The notes under the pieces are model-generated. The model saw only the letters and a list, made by a program, of their open reading frames with translations. It did no database searches and was not told the DNA's origin. DNA of 64,000 nucleotides from assembly GCA_965218585.1 (NCBI GenBank), contig CBDCLE010000014.1, positions 1-64,000 on the forward strand. Reading direction: 5' to 3'. The position numbers and the translations under genes are program-made. Below, piece after piece: positions 38,338-49,035 of the stretch; positions within the stretch are counted from its first letter, which is position 1; each line of letters begins with the position of its first letter. This stretch comes from Terriglobia bacterium (lineage in GTDB: Bacteria; Acidobacteriota; Terriglobia; 20CM-2-55-15).

Positions 38338-40083
38338 ATGAACATCCTTTTATATAGTCCCGACAACGGCGTCACCCGGAACTACATGCCGCATCTCTGG
38401 ATGTTCGTCCTGAAATCTCTGACACCTCGGGAACATAGCGTGTTTCTGATCGACGGAAATGCCCGGCCCATGTCCGAATCCGAGCTCGCCTCCTACATCA
38501 GGGAAAACGAAATCGAGCTGGTTGGAATCGGGGCGATGACGCGTATGGCCGCACGGGCCTACCGGGCCGCGGATGCTTTCCGGGCAGCGGGCGCCAAAGT
38601 CGTTTTCGGTGGTCCCCACGTCACCGAAGTGCCGGACGAACCCCTGGGACGGAGCGGTGAACCGAGGCATGCCGATGCCGTGGCGCTCGGAGAGGCCGAT
38701 CATACATGGCCCAGGCTTGTCGAAGACGCAGCGCGGGGAGAACTCGAGGAGGTCTACCTGCCAGTCGACGATTCCGGAACCGAGGTCAAGCCGGACCTGA
38801 CGGAATATCCGAAGATTCCCTGGGACACCATCGACCTGGAGCAATTCAACCTGATGCGACGGGTTCCCCCGGCAGGGCGCTTCCTGATGGAGAAGCTCGG
38901 GTTGAAGATGGAAACCCTGCACGTCGTTCCGATCGAGTCGGGCAGAGGATGCCCATATGGCTGTGACTTCTGCACGGTGACTGGCTTCTTCGGAGATTCC
39001 ATCCGGTTCAGAACCAACGAAAGCGTCGTCGACGAACTGTTGCTGCTGAAAGAGCGGGCAAAGCGAGACGGCGGCAAGATGGCAGTTTTCTTCATCGATG
39101 ACAACTTCGCCATCAACATCAAGCGAACCAAGTCGTTGCTTCGCGAAATCATCGCCAGGAATGCAACCGTCACATGGATCGCACAGATCAGCATCAACCT
39201 TCTGCGCGACGAGGAATTACTGGATCTAATCCACGCCAGCGGCGGACGCTGGATCTTCATCGGAATGGAGTCGATCGACCCCGACAACCTGAAAGAGGTC
39301 AACAAGGGCTTCAACAAACCTGCGGAATACGAAGGCATTCTCAATCGGCTGGCCGATCGGGGCCTGTATGCGATCACGTCCTTCATCTTCGGCATGGACG
39401 GCGACACGGCGGGGGTCTCGGACCGGACGCTCGATCAGATTCGGAACTGGCCTCCGGGACTCCCTGTATATGGACTGCTTACGCCCTACCCGGCAACACC
39501 GCTCTATGATCGATTGGCCGATGAAGGCCGCTTGACGCGCCCCACCCACTGGCTCGACTTTCGTCCCTTCAGGATGGCCTTTACGCCCAGGAACCTTTCC
39601 GTTGCCCAGGCCGAGACCGAAGTACGCAACGCCTGGCACGGCTCTTATTCTCCCTCCGCGATCACAAAGGCGATTCGGAAAATCGCGCATCGTCCGTTAG
39701 GAGAACGCGTCATCCTGTTTTGCGCTTCACTCGCGTTTCGCGGGATCTATTTTCCGCAGATGAGGAAAACACAATGGGCTCTGTTGCTCCTCGAAAACTC
39801 GAAGAACATCCTGAGCCTGATCGTGGAAGGCCTGCGTTTGGGTCTCGCGTCGAAGTTAAGGAAGCCCGGCAAGGCCCATACGGAGATCGAAGCTCCGCCA
39901 CCGTCCTTCCGTTCGGAAAGCAGTCCCGGAAAGAATGATGTGCTGGGGCCTGAATCGGGAGGGTTTGATCACCTCGAACCTGTCGCTCAACAGAGGGATA
40001 GCGGTAATCAGGCTGCTGATTCAGAACACCAGCCGTCATCACTCGCCACACGCAACATGATAGAGCCGGGTGACCTTGGGTAG
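38338..40083 (+). CDS. B12-binding domain radical SAM protein
   Basis: VVFGGPHVT, GEAD, RGCPYGCDFC, FIDDNF, IGMES. Confidence 0.93.
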   Translation: MNILLYSPDNGVTRNYMPHLWMFVLKSLTPREHSVFLIDGNARPMSESELASYIRENEIELVGIGAMTRMAARAYRAADAFRAAGAKVVFGGPHVTEVPDEPLGRSGEPRHADAVALGEADHTWPRLVEDAARGELEEVYLPVDDSGTEVKPDLTEYPKIPWDTIDLEQFNLMRRVPPAGRFLMEKLGLKMETLHVVPIESGRGCPYGCDFCTVTGFFGDSIRFRTNESVVDELLLLKERAKRDGGKMAVFFIDDNFAINIKRTKSLLREIIARNATVTWIAQISINLLRDEELLDLIHASGGRWIFIGMESIDPDNLKEVNKGFNKPAEYEGILNRLADRGLYAITSFIFGMDGDTAGVSDRTLDQIRNWPPGLPVYGLLTPYPATPLYDRLADEGRLTRPTHWLDFRPFRMAFTPRNLSVAQAETEVRNAWHGSYSPSAITKAIRKIAHRPLGERVILFCASLAFRGIYFPQMRKTQWALLLLENSKNILSLIVEGLRLGLASKLRKPGKAHTEIEAPPPSFRSESSPGKNDVLGPESGGFDHLEPVAQQRDSGNQAADSEHQPSSLATRNMIEPGDLG

Positions 40084-40118
40084 ACCTCGCCGCCGTCATA
40101 GAAAGTTTCGAAGCTGCT

Positions 40119-40621
40119 TTAACTCCGACCGCCTTCCCTATCTCCACTCCCATCGCCGGTATTGACGAACTCCGTGCCGGGAAGCTGGGCCCCTATAGCA
40201 AGTGCGGCCAATATGAATAGGCCGATCCCTCCACCGGCGACGATCGGTAGTGCCTGACTCTGGGGATAGAAATCGGTCGTCAATCGAAAGCCCCCCATGC
40301 CGGCAAGTAACCCGACCAAGGCAGCTATACCCATGCGAGTAGGGGATAGACGGTGTCGTTGAATGAATCAAACGCCCGGGATACCCTGCCGCGCACCCTG
40401 GGATCGTTTTTTCGCACCTCCAGGGCCTGACGGTGCATTCGCGGCAGAAGAAAGACCATACCGCCAAGGAACAAAAGCATCGTCAGCGGCACGGTGAATC
40501 CGCCAACTACTCTCGCCACGCGAAAGAGAACGCCTACGGCCATGCAGAACAGAAGGACTCTTGCGAGACCCCACAAGGGTCTGGTCATGGCTCGCTCTTC
40601 AGTGCTCAGGCGTTTCGGCAT
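40119..40621 (-). pseudogene. Hypothetical membrane protein split by a frameshift near 40335
   Basis: Two hydrophobic ORFs (40325..40621 and 40119..40334) overlap in different frames. Confidence 0.45.
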
Positions 40622-40646
40622 GTCTTTCTGCTGCCGCGATACCGAT

Positions 40647-41126
40647 CTACGGATTGATCGTTCCGTAGTCCCAGTGCTCGACGATCATATTGTTCTCGAC
40701 GCGGAACATATCGAACCACGTCGTGGTATATGTCTGACCCGCGTTCCGGGGATCATCGATTTCACGCCGGAATGCCATGATCACCATACCTCCCTCGGCA
40801 AAGATGGTTACCAAGCCGGGGATACTGTCCGGGGTCGTACGGGGTTCACTCCCCGACATGAATCCCATGAACGCCTCTCTGCCGGGCGGCACGTTCGGAT
40901 TATGCTGAATGTATTCTTCCGCGATGTATTCGGGAATCTTAGAGGCATTGCCTCCGTTGAAGACTTCCCTCCAGAAATCAAAAACGAGCTTCTTGTCTCC
41001 CGCCACCTTTGGATCGTCACTCTCGAGCAACGCCTGCTGATTCATATTCATTGTGACAGGAGCCTGGGCGAAGGCCGGCGTCGCCATAATTACGACGATA
41101 AACAGAAAAAGTAGTTTCTTCATCAC
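40647..41126 (-). CDS. Secreted SnoaL/NTF2-like protein
   Basis: Signal peptide; YIQHNP..GREAF; WFDMFRVEN..IVEHWD. Confidence 0.88.
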   Translation of the reverse strand: MMKKLLFLFIVVIMATPAFAQAPVTMNMNQQALLESDDPKVAGDKKLVFDFWREVFNGGNASKIPEYIAEEYIQHNPNVPPGREAFMGFMSGSEPRTTPDSIPGLVTIFAEGGMVIMAFRREIDDPRNAGQTYTTTWFDMFRVENNMIVEHWDYGTINP

Positions 41127-41337
41127 TGTCTTCCCCTATCTGGCCGCCTTCCTGAACGAAATATCCATGGATGAAGCGGACTGTTAGTAATATTGTTGAA
41201 GGATATTAGAGGCAGGGGCCATAAGCAATCGGAGTCTTGCTCTGGCTTGCCTGTCAGGGTATTTAAGGTGTTCGCGATCACAGACGACAACAGGTTCCAC
41301 CTGCTATGTTGTGATCACTCTTCGAGAGGAGCGAACG

Positions 41338-41646
41338 ATGCCCCCATGGTGGCCCGCGTTGATGTTCGGCTGGCCCGCGATTGGTCTGGCCCTGGTTCTG
41401 GCAGTGACAGGAACAGCCCTCCGCAAGCCAGTCCTCATCTTCGTATCCATCGCGCCCGTACTGCCGTTTAGTCTTTACCTCGCCGGCGCTCAAAACTGGA
41501 TGGCGTTCGCCGGTCTCTGGGTTCCGATCGCGCTAATCGGAAGCGCCTATGCGGTTCGCCGTCGCGCGCTGTGGATCTCCTGGGGATTGTTGACTTCCGT
41601 TGTAGCCGTGTTGGTCTCGATCGCGGTCATTGTCATAGTTGCCTGA
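41338..41646 (+). CDS. Hypothetical small membrane protein
   Basis: RBS gaggag before ATG; about four hydrophobic segments. Confidence 0.6.
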   Translation: MPPWWPALMFGWPAIGLALVLAVTGTALRKPVLIFVSIAPVLPFSLYLAGAQNWMAFAGLWVPIALIGSAYAVRRRALWISWGLLTSVVAVLVSIAVIVIVA

Positions 41647-41704
41647 GATCGAAGGAGATCTACTGGCCCTTGCCAACTATCAAACGAAATGCGCAACGAT
41701 ATAC

Positions 41705-43414
41705 CTATTGACACGCCTCTCCACTGCTTCTGGGAAACCATTCGCCATACGTATCTGCATTAGCACAAGTGATGACACTGTTATCTGAATAGACGATCTT
41801 GCCATCCATTATCGTTAATACGGACTTAACGTCGCGTAAGTCTCCTCCGTCTTCCGTCTCGAATACATCATCGGAGAGAACAGCCACATCTGCCAGTTTG
41901 CCTTCTTCTATAGAACCCAGGTTTTCCTCATCAAACGAGAACCATGCGTTGTCTATCGTCATCCATCGAATCGCTTCTTCGACGGTCAGCACGTCTTCAA
42001 ACACCACATCACCTGTATCAGCCAGGCCTGTTGTGATGTGATATATCCCAAGCCAGGGGTTAATGATGGCCACGTTGCCGCCATCTGATCCCAGGCCGGA
42101 ACGAACATCATGGTCGAATATAGCCTTGAAAGGAGGTGGGGCGGTTGGTTCTTGGGATGAATATGAGAAGTAGGCCGCAACGGCTCCACCGTTGAGGGCT
42201 TCGAGCCGATCCATGCTTCTCGTAGTCAACAACGGAACGTGACCAAGATGCCAACGCAACGGCGTCAGATCTTCACTCGAGGATTCAAAAGCCGTTAAAT
42301 AACCGTCGCTTTCGATTGGCGACAACGTATGCTGAAACACAGTCGCGCCAAGACTTCCCGCAAGATTGATCTTAGGGATAAAGGTCTCTTCGTTGACAAC
42401 GTCTTCTACTTCTGTCGGGAATCTAACACCCCCGCCATCGATAAATTCGCCGATTGCGTAATCACGGTACATTTCGTTTCTTGGGGTATTGTTGAGGTCG
42501 GTGATTGTAGTTTCGAGCGCTTCCAGGTTCGGGCCACCATATAAACCTCGAACACGCATAACGGCGCCGTTGTCGGCAATCTGCTGAACTTCTGTGCCCC
42601 CGTCCGACAGTGACATGGTCATGCCGAGGCTTGCCGCCCAGGCCTGAACACCGAGAACTCCGTCGACTCTGTCCTGTTCGGTTTGCTCAGAGCGCAACTG
42701 TTGAACTGCGATACTGTTAAAGAAGGCAAAGCGGTTCGTGTCCGCGCCGATGTCTACGACACCATCATCTGAAACAGGCAATCCATGCTCGCGAAAGTAA
42801 TCAATGCCCGCTGAATTGGTCTGAGTGCCGCCAGCGAATGCGGATTCAAGATAGATCGGGTGGTCGAATTGATTCAGCGTCTCAAAGCTTGGCAACGCCC
42901 CCTCAGCAAATTGCCCCGGTGTAATGGCTCCGATGACGGTGACAAAATTTTCTTGCGTGCCGACGGTTCCCGCTTCGGGCAGGGGAATATTCTCTACCGT
43001 GATCCGTTTCTGGAGGAGAGCTACCGCTTCGTCCCATGATCTGGCAGAGTCCATGGCGTATACCATGTGGCCTGGCTTGAGATCGCGTCCGATAACGTGG
43101 CTGTGATTATCAATGAGCCCGGGTATCGCTGTACGTCCCGAAAGATCGATTCTGCCATCGCCGTCGACACCCAGTGTTTCCTCATCTCCGTTACTCACAC
43201 CCGTGATGAGATCGTTCTGTAAGCGAACGGAGGACACGACGCTATTGTCGGCATCCATGGTGTGAATCACGCCGTTATAGAGCACCGTTCCAGAAGCTTC
43301 GCTGCAAATATCCACCCATTGAATACCGTTCGCTTCGTTACAGCCGCTTGCGGCGAATGCAATGACTACGGCCAGAGCAAACCTGATTGATACTCGGTTG
43401 TTTTTCTTGTTCAC
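41705..43414 (-). CDS. Amidohydrolase_3-family lipoprotein
   Basis: Lipobox AASGC, PGLIDNHSH, GSDG, GSIEEGKLAD.AVL; GTG start with ggggg RBS. Confidence 0.88.
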   Translation of the reverse strand: MNKKNNRVSIRFALAVVIAFAASGCNEANGIQWVDICSEASGTVLYNGVIHTMDADNSVVSSVRLQNDLITGVSNGDEETLGVDGDGRIDLSGRTAIPGLIDNHSHVIGRDLKPGHMVYAMDSARSWDEAVALLQKRITVENIPLPEAGTVGTQENFVTVIGAITPGQFAEGALPSFETLNQFDHPIYLESAFAGGTQTNSAGIDYFREHGLPVSDDGVVDIGADTNRFAFFNSIAVQQLRSEQTEQDRVDGVLGVQAWAASLGMTMSLSDGGTEVQQIADNGAVMRVRGLYGGPNLEALETTITDLNNTPRNEMYRDYAIGEFIDGGGVRFPTEVEDVVNEETFIPKINLAGSLGATVFQHTLSPIESDGYLTAFESSSEDLTPLRWHLGHVPLLTTRSMDRLEALNGGAVAAYFSYSSQEPTAPPPFKAIFDHDVRSGLGSDGGNVAIINPWLGIYHITTGLADTGDVVFEDVLTVEEAIRWMTIDNAWFSFDEENLGSIEEGKLADVAVLSDDVFETEDGGDLRDVKSVLTIMDGKIVYSDNSVITCANADTYGEWFPRSSGEACQ

Positions 43415-43500
43415 AATTCCCCCTCTACTGTGGTCGCGTTGATACCCTACTGTCCGACGAGATAGGCCGTGGGCCAATTAAGGAATCATCGACGTGCATG

Positions 43501-44865
43501 GAGGTCGTTCCAATCGGTGTGTAAAAAGAGAAGGCGGTGTACGCTTTCGGTGAATTCGAAACCGTAAGCAATCCCGGCAGCAATCGGGAGAAAGGTACAC
43601 CACCCATGAAGAAGAAGAACATACCGGCATCAGTGGCGTCAACGAACGCGTATGAAGGTTTGGAGGACTGGGCGCGATCCCGGGTCCAAGTCTGGCTACA
43701 GGAGCTGCTCGAGGACGAAGTCACTCAATTTCTGGGTCGGGAAAAGTTGGAGCGGAGTCCGAATCGACGAGGATACCGGAACGGTCACGGGAAGCCGCGA
43801 CGCTTCGCAATGATGAACGGTACGATGGAGGTTCGACGACCTCGGGTTCGAAACACCGCCGAGCGGTTCGAGAGTCAGATCCTGCCGTATTTTCGACGGA
43901 AATCGAAACAGCTGGGCGAGCTACTTCCCGATCTCTACCTCCACGGTCTGGCCACAGGGGACTTCGAGCAGGCCATGCGCGGACTGCTTGGCGCTGGCGC
44001 TCCGTTGTCGCGAGCATCGATCCAACGACTGAAATCGACCTGGCAGTTGGAGTATGACGAGTGGGTCCAGCAGGACCTGTCCGGCCTCGAGGTCGTGTAC
44101 CAGTGGGCAGACGGCTTGTACGTGAAAGCGGGGATCGCGAAAGAGCGAGCGGCATTGCTGGTGATCATCGGAGCCTTGTCAGACGGGCGCAAAGTGCTGT
44201 TGGCCTGTGAGAGCGGGCAGCGGGAAAGCAAGGAGTCCTGGAGCCGCATTCTGCGCAATCTCCAGAGACGGGGCCTGAAGCTGGGACGGCTGACTGTCGC
44301 GGACGGTCACCTGGGCATCTGGTCCGCGCTGGCCGAGCAACAGCCCCAGGGCCAGGAACAACGCTGCTGGAACCACAAGTCGATCAACGTGGTCGATCAT
44401 CTGCCGAAGACCGAGCAGCCCGCGGCCAGACAGCTGCTCCATGGGATGGCCTTCGCGAACTCCCGCGCGGCCTGCGAACGAAAGCGGGATCAGTTCGTCC
44501 GCCGATATGAGAAGAACTATCCCAAAGCGGCTGAGACGCTGTTGCGGGACTGGGACCGGATGATCACTTTCTATGAGTTCCCGAAACAACACTGGGTGCA
44601 TCTGAGAACGACCAACATCGTCGAATCGCCTTTCGACATGGTTCGCCTCCGTACCAACGCCGCTCGCCGATTCAAGCGTGTCGAGAATGCAACGGCAATG
44701 ATCTGGAAGCTACTACGTGTCGCTGAGAAGGCTTGGCGACACTTAAAAGGATCCGAACTCTTACAAGAGGTCTATGATGGTCAGCAATTCGCTGACGGCA
44801 TCAGAGTCGTGATGAAATCGAAGGCCGCCGCCTGATGACTTTTACACACCTTTTGTAATGACCTC
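43501..44865 (+). mobile_element. IS256-family element, copy 3
   Basis: Same TIRs; flanks cgtgcatg and ggcgcatt, the latter the reverse complement of copy 1's right flank. Confidence 0.97.
43606..44835 (+). CDS. IS256-family transposase
   Basis: Nearly identical to copies 1 and 4. Confidence 0.96.
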   Translation: MKKKNIPASVASTNAYEGLEDWARSRVQVWLQELLEDEVTQFLGREKLERSPNRRGYRNGHGKPRRFAMMNGTMEVRRPRVRNTAERFESQILPYFRRKSKQLGELLPDLYLHGLATGDFEQAMRGLLGAGAPLSRASIQRLKSTWQLEYDEWVQQDLSGLEVVYQWADGLYVKAGIAKERAALLVIIGALSDGRKVLLACESGQRESKESWSRILRNLQRRGLKLGRLTVADGHLGIWSALAEQQPQGQEQRCWNHKSINVVDHLPKTEQPAARQLLHGMAFANSRAACERKRDQFVRRYEKNYPKAAETLLRDWDRMITFYEFPKQHWVHLRTTNIVESPFDMVRLRTNAARRFKRVENATAMIWKLLRVAEKAWRHLKGSELLQEVYDGQQFADGIRVVMKSKAAA

Positions 44866-44984
44866 GGCGCATTCAGGAGTTCATCTAAGACTTCGGTGGC
44901 GTGCTCGAGACGTTCACTCACACCTCCGGGCTCCTCGGCGGGGATTAGCATCAGACTCATTGATAACAGTAAAACGGAAGTCAT
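44866..44984 (-). pseudogene. SYLF/Ysc84 protein, N-terminal part
   Basis: MTSVLLLSMSLMLIPAEEPGGVSERLEHATEVLDELLNAP, with RBS aggag; joins 24315 through the shared TSD. Confidence 0.85.
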
Positions 44985-45123
44985 TCGCTCCTACCTTCTC
45001 GGTTGGGCAGTCTCGGGCCAAGCTGGACATTCAGCACCTGGACCTCACTGGCTTCACTCAGAGTTATCGACACAAGAGAGCCTCCACCTTACCGTCGGTA
45101 CCCTAATCGGCCGCGAAAACGAA

Positions 45124-45163
45124 TGTCAGGTCCTGATGAAACCCCTTCTCGGAGGTTGGAGAG
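45124..45163 (-). repeat. Dispersed ~40-bp repeat, copy F (degenerate)
   Basis: Reverse complement reads ctctccaacctccgagaaggggtttcatcaggacctgaca. Confidence 0.55.
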
Positions 45164-45430
45164 GTTGTGAGAGGGGCCGTCAGGAACCGTCAGTCCCCCG
45201 AACCTGATTCAACAGAGTCAGGTCGACGGAATCTCCAACCGCAAGCCGAATGGCGTTGGACTGGCTCGCAAGGAAGCCGGGCTACAACGCCGTTAGACCG
45301 GGCCGTTGCGGCTGATCTCCAACTCATCCCAGTCAATTCGCTGCTCACTTACCTTGAGTTTACTAATGTTGGCTTTGCTGCTAGAACTAGTTGGGCAGAA
45401 ACCAACTTTGTGACTGAGGATACCTGGAAA

Positions 45431-47733
45431 ATGGCCGGATCAAGCGAACAGCAGGAACTGCAATCGCTGCGGGAGCGGGTTGCCCGATTAGAAGCTCAGC
45501 AGGCGCAGACAGAGGCTCTTTATAAAGACGCTCCGGTTGGCCTTTGCTACGTCGATAGCGACCTCCGATACATCCAGATCAACAAGTGCCTTGCAGCGAT
45601 CAACGGACAGTCCGTCAAGCAACACCTGGGACGAACAATCGGAGAGATACTTCCAGAAATTGCACCTGAGGTCGAGCCTCAGCTACGCCATGTGCTCGAT
45701 ACTGGAGAGCCTCTCGTCAAGTACACAGGTCGTGTCCAGACTCCAGGCCATGTAGGCATTGAGAGTATCTACGAGTACAGCTACTTCCCGGTCAGGTCCG
45801 GGGACGGCACGATTGTGGGGGTTAGCTGCGTCGTCGAAGACGTCACCGAGCGCAAGCAGACCGAGAAGGCTCTGGCGACCAGCGAAGCACTCTACCGGAC
45901 TCTCCTGGAAACCGCTCCCCAAATTATCTGGCAGGGGCAACCCGATGGTTCGGTTGGCTACCTAAACAAGGCCTGGGAAGACATGACGGGCATGCCCCTG
46001 ACAGATGCCCTTGGCTGGGGCTGGACCGACGCCCTGCATCCCGACGACGCTCCAGCCTTACTGGAAAAGGGGAAACAAGCTTTCGAGCAGGGGACGCCCT
46101 ACTCCGCCGAATGCAGGTTCCGGGCGAAGGACGGTTCCTACCGTACAACCGACAATGTTGGTGTACCCGTTCACGACGCATCGGGTCGAATCATCCGGTG
46201 GGTGGGAATCGCTACCGACATCACCGAGCGTAAGCGGGCCGAGGGGGCGCTGCGAGAGAGCGAGGCTCTGTTTCGTCAGATTGCGGAGAACGTTCGGGAG
46301 GTCTTCTTCGTTGTAGATCACAAGGATAACGGCATTCTGTACGTCAATCCTGCGTACGAAAAGATATGGGGCCGAACATGTGAGAGTTTGTACCAAGAGC
46401 CTAGCTCCTGGTCAGACGCCGTCTTTTCGGAGGATCGTGAGCGCGTGAACCGAGCCTTAGGAGAGCAACAGCGCGCTGGGTTCAACGAGGAGTTTCGCAT
46501 TGCAAGACCCGACGGTTCAATCCGGTGGATGCACGACCGCGTCTTTCCGATCCGGGACCAAAAAGGAGAGATCTACCGCCTCGTCGGGATCGGGGAAAAC
46601 ATCACCGAGCGCAAGCAGACTGAGCAGGAACTGGTCCGCCTGGAGCGCCTGAGCGCCCTGGGGGAGATGGCACAGGGTATCGCCCACAACTTCAACAATT
46701 TGTTGGTCGGGGTGCTCGGGTATGCGCAGCTCATCCAGATGAGGGCTTCCGATCCGGAGATCGTCGAAGATGCAACACAACTCATTGAAAGTGCCATCCG
46801 GGCCAAGGATCTGGTGCGGCGAACCGGACCGTGCGAAGCGGAGAGCAGGAGATGATAGGCTCGGTATCGGTGAACGAGGTGGTACAACAGGCTCTGCTGG
46901 GGACACAGCCTCGGTGGAAGGATGCGCCGGAGGCCAGGGGATTCTCCTTCAACGTGGTTACTGAACTGGAAGATGTCCCTCCCATCGGGGGCACGCAGGC
47001 CGGGCTGTAGATAGCCTCATCAATTTGCTGTTCAACGCATTGGATGCCCAGCCCGAGGGAGGCGATTGGCACACGGGCGATCGCGGGGAGTGTGCAGTTG
47101 ACAGTAACGGATACTGGTATCGGGATGGATGAGGAGACCCGAAGGCGGTTATTCGAGCCCTTCTTCACCACCAAAGCGGAGGTCGGCACCGGTCTGGGGC
47201 TGTCGACGGTTTACAGCACTGTGACTCGTTGGGGAGGTAGCATCGACGTAGAGAGCACACCGGGCGAAGGCACGACCTTTACCGTCCGACTTCCCGCCTG
47301 GATGGGTCCGGAGGGAAAGGAGCAAGGGGCTGCGGAAGTCCGACCTGTGCGTCGAGGAAAGGTTCTGGTCGTCGATGACGACGAGTCCACCGTCCAGTTC
47401 CTACCCCATCTGTTATCGACAGATCACGAGGTGGAGGGGGTCGGGAGCGGCGTGGAGGCGATGGAGAGGTTTACACAGGGACGTTACGATGTGGTCCTGA
47501 TTGACCTGGGAATGCCCGGCATGCCCGGCGATCGGATCGCAGACGAGATGCGGCAGGCAGACCCATCGGTGGCTACCGTGCTGATCACGGGATGGGAGCT
47601 GGAAGAAGACGATCCGACGCTGTCAGCGTTCGACTTTCGGCTTCAAAAGCCCTTTAGCGACTTGGACAAGGTGAAGAATGTGGTGGCACAGGCAGTAGAG
47701 CTCCACGATGACCGAGCTGGGGGAAGAAGCTGA
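45431..47733 (+). pseudogene. Hybrid sensor kinase (3 PAS-HisKA-HATPase-REC), disrupted
   Basis: PAS repeats ending D[VI]TERK, H-box IAHNFNNLL, FEPFFTTK..GTGLGLS, receiver VVDDD..DLGMP..KP; frame breaks and stops between about 46820 and 47060. Confidence 0.88.
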
Positions 47734-47776
47734 GGCCAGGCTACCAAGTATTGGTCCGGACCTGCCTGTTAATGAT

Positions 47777-47860
47777 TCTCAAGTCCTCTTAAATCATTTC
47801 GTCCGAAGTTGAGAATTGGCAGTTTTTCAACTCCGACGATACCTTTTGAACGACTTGAGA
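47777..47860. repeat. Dispersed ~40-bp repeat, copies G and H as an inverted pair
   Basis: tctcaagtcctcttaaatcatttcgtccgaagttgagaatt followed by agtttttcaactccgacgataccttttgaacgacttgaga. Confidence 0.6.
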
Positions 47861-47937
47861 CTTTTCTTGCCTATAACCATCCTTTGCCTTTCCCTGAGGC
47901 CCACTTAAAGCATAATAACGTCTCATAGGAGGCGGCC

Positions 47938-49035
47938 ATGGGCGATCAGTACCCTGTTGTGAAGGTGGCTGCGGTGCAGGCCGCGTCAGTGTTCCTGGAT
48001 CGTGAAGGCTCGACCGACAAGGCGTGCCGGCTGATCCGCGAGGCTGGCGCCAACGGCGCCCAAATCATTGCCTTTCCCGAAGGTTTTATTCCTGCCCACC
48101 CGGTCTGGTATCACCACCATCCAGCGACTGGCGTGATCGCCAACAAGCTCGCAGTCGAGCTCTTCAAGAATTCGGTGGAGATTCCGGGGGCTCAGACAGA
48201 AGCGCTCTCGAGCGCCGCCCGGGACGCCAATGCCTATGTGGTGATGGGGGTGTGCGAGAAGCTGCCGAACACCCTCGGAACGATGTTCAATAGTCAGGTC
48301 TGGATCAAACCGGACGGTGAGCTTATCGGCAAGCACCAGAAGCTCATGCCAACCGTGGGCGAACGCCTCGTGCACATGGGCGGCTTTGGCGATACCTTCG
48401 GGGCGTTTCAGACGGAGTTCGGACCGGTAAGCGGGTTGATTTGCGGCGAGAACTCTAATCCCCTGGCGGTGTTCGGACTGACGGCGGAAGGCAGCCGGAT
48501 TCACGTGATGAGTTGGCCCAACCATTTTCCTACCAGCGGTGACCCGCTACGTAATCGAGTCGCCGTGGATTCACAGGCGTTTGCCCAGATGACCAAAGCT
48601 TTTGTGATCTCCGCCTGCGGTACAGTCGACGATGACATGATCCGCAAGCTCGGGGTCGGATCTGAGGGAGAGAAATTCCTGCGCAATCCCGACGCCTGTG
48701 GTGGCAGCCTCATCGTCGGACCCAACAGCCGTATCCTGGCCGGCCCCATGGGCCCGGAAGAGGGGATACTTTACGCCGAGTGCAACCTGGACATTGGCAT
48801 CGTCATGAAGCTGCGCCACGATTTTGCTGGCCACTACAACCGGCCCGACGTTTTTCAGCTACACGTAAACCGCAGCGCCCCCCAGCTTTACAACGTGTCC
48901 GAGGATGAGACGGATGCTGGGGCGGTACCCGACTCGATTGTGCCACCGCCTGGGAAGTCTGCGGATGAGTCTGGCTCAAAATCAGTAGCTCGAATAGACC
49001 CGCGGCGGGCCCGGCATGACGAAAGCGACGGTTGA
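47938..49035 (+). CDS. Nitrilase (carbon-nitrogen hydrolase)
   Basis: FPE, HQKLMPT..ER, LICGEN triad; D.AGHYNRPDVF. Confidence 0.93.
   Translation: MGDQYPVVKVAAVQAASVFLDREGSTDKACRLIREAGANGAQIIAFPEGFIPAHPVWYHHHPATGVIANKLAVELFKNSVEIPGAQTEALSSAARDANAYVVMGVCEKLPNTLGTMFNSQVWIKPDGELIGKHQKLMPTVGERLVHMGGFGDTFGAFQTEFGPVSGLICGENSNPLAVFGLTAEGSRIHVMSWPNHFPTSGDPLRNRVAVDSQAFAQMTKAFVISACGTVDDDMIRKLGVGSEGEKFLRNPDACGGSLIVGPNSRILAGPMGPEEGILYAECNLDIGIVMKLRHDFAGHYNRPDVFQLHVNRSAPQLYNVSEDETDAGAVPDSIVPPPGKSADESGSKSVARIDPRRARHDESDG

Noticed and set aside
38338-41126. Radical SAM plus SnoaL genes as a RiPP or natural-product cluster
   Set aside because: Opposite strands, no precursor peptide, SPASM domain or other biosynthetic genes.
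45167-45430. N-terminal extension of the PAS kinase and a GTTAGAC near 45292 as attC
   Set aside because: The extension looks non-coding (ATG 45431 has an upstream gagga); no convincing partner arm for attC.
24956-47860. Dispersed repeat as a CRISPR array
   Set aside because: Copies are hundreds to thousands of bases apart, degenerate and in both orientations; no cas genes.
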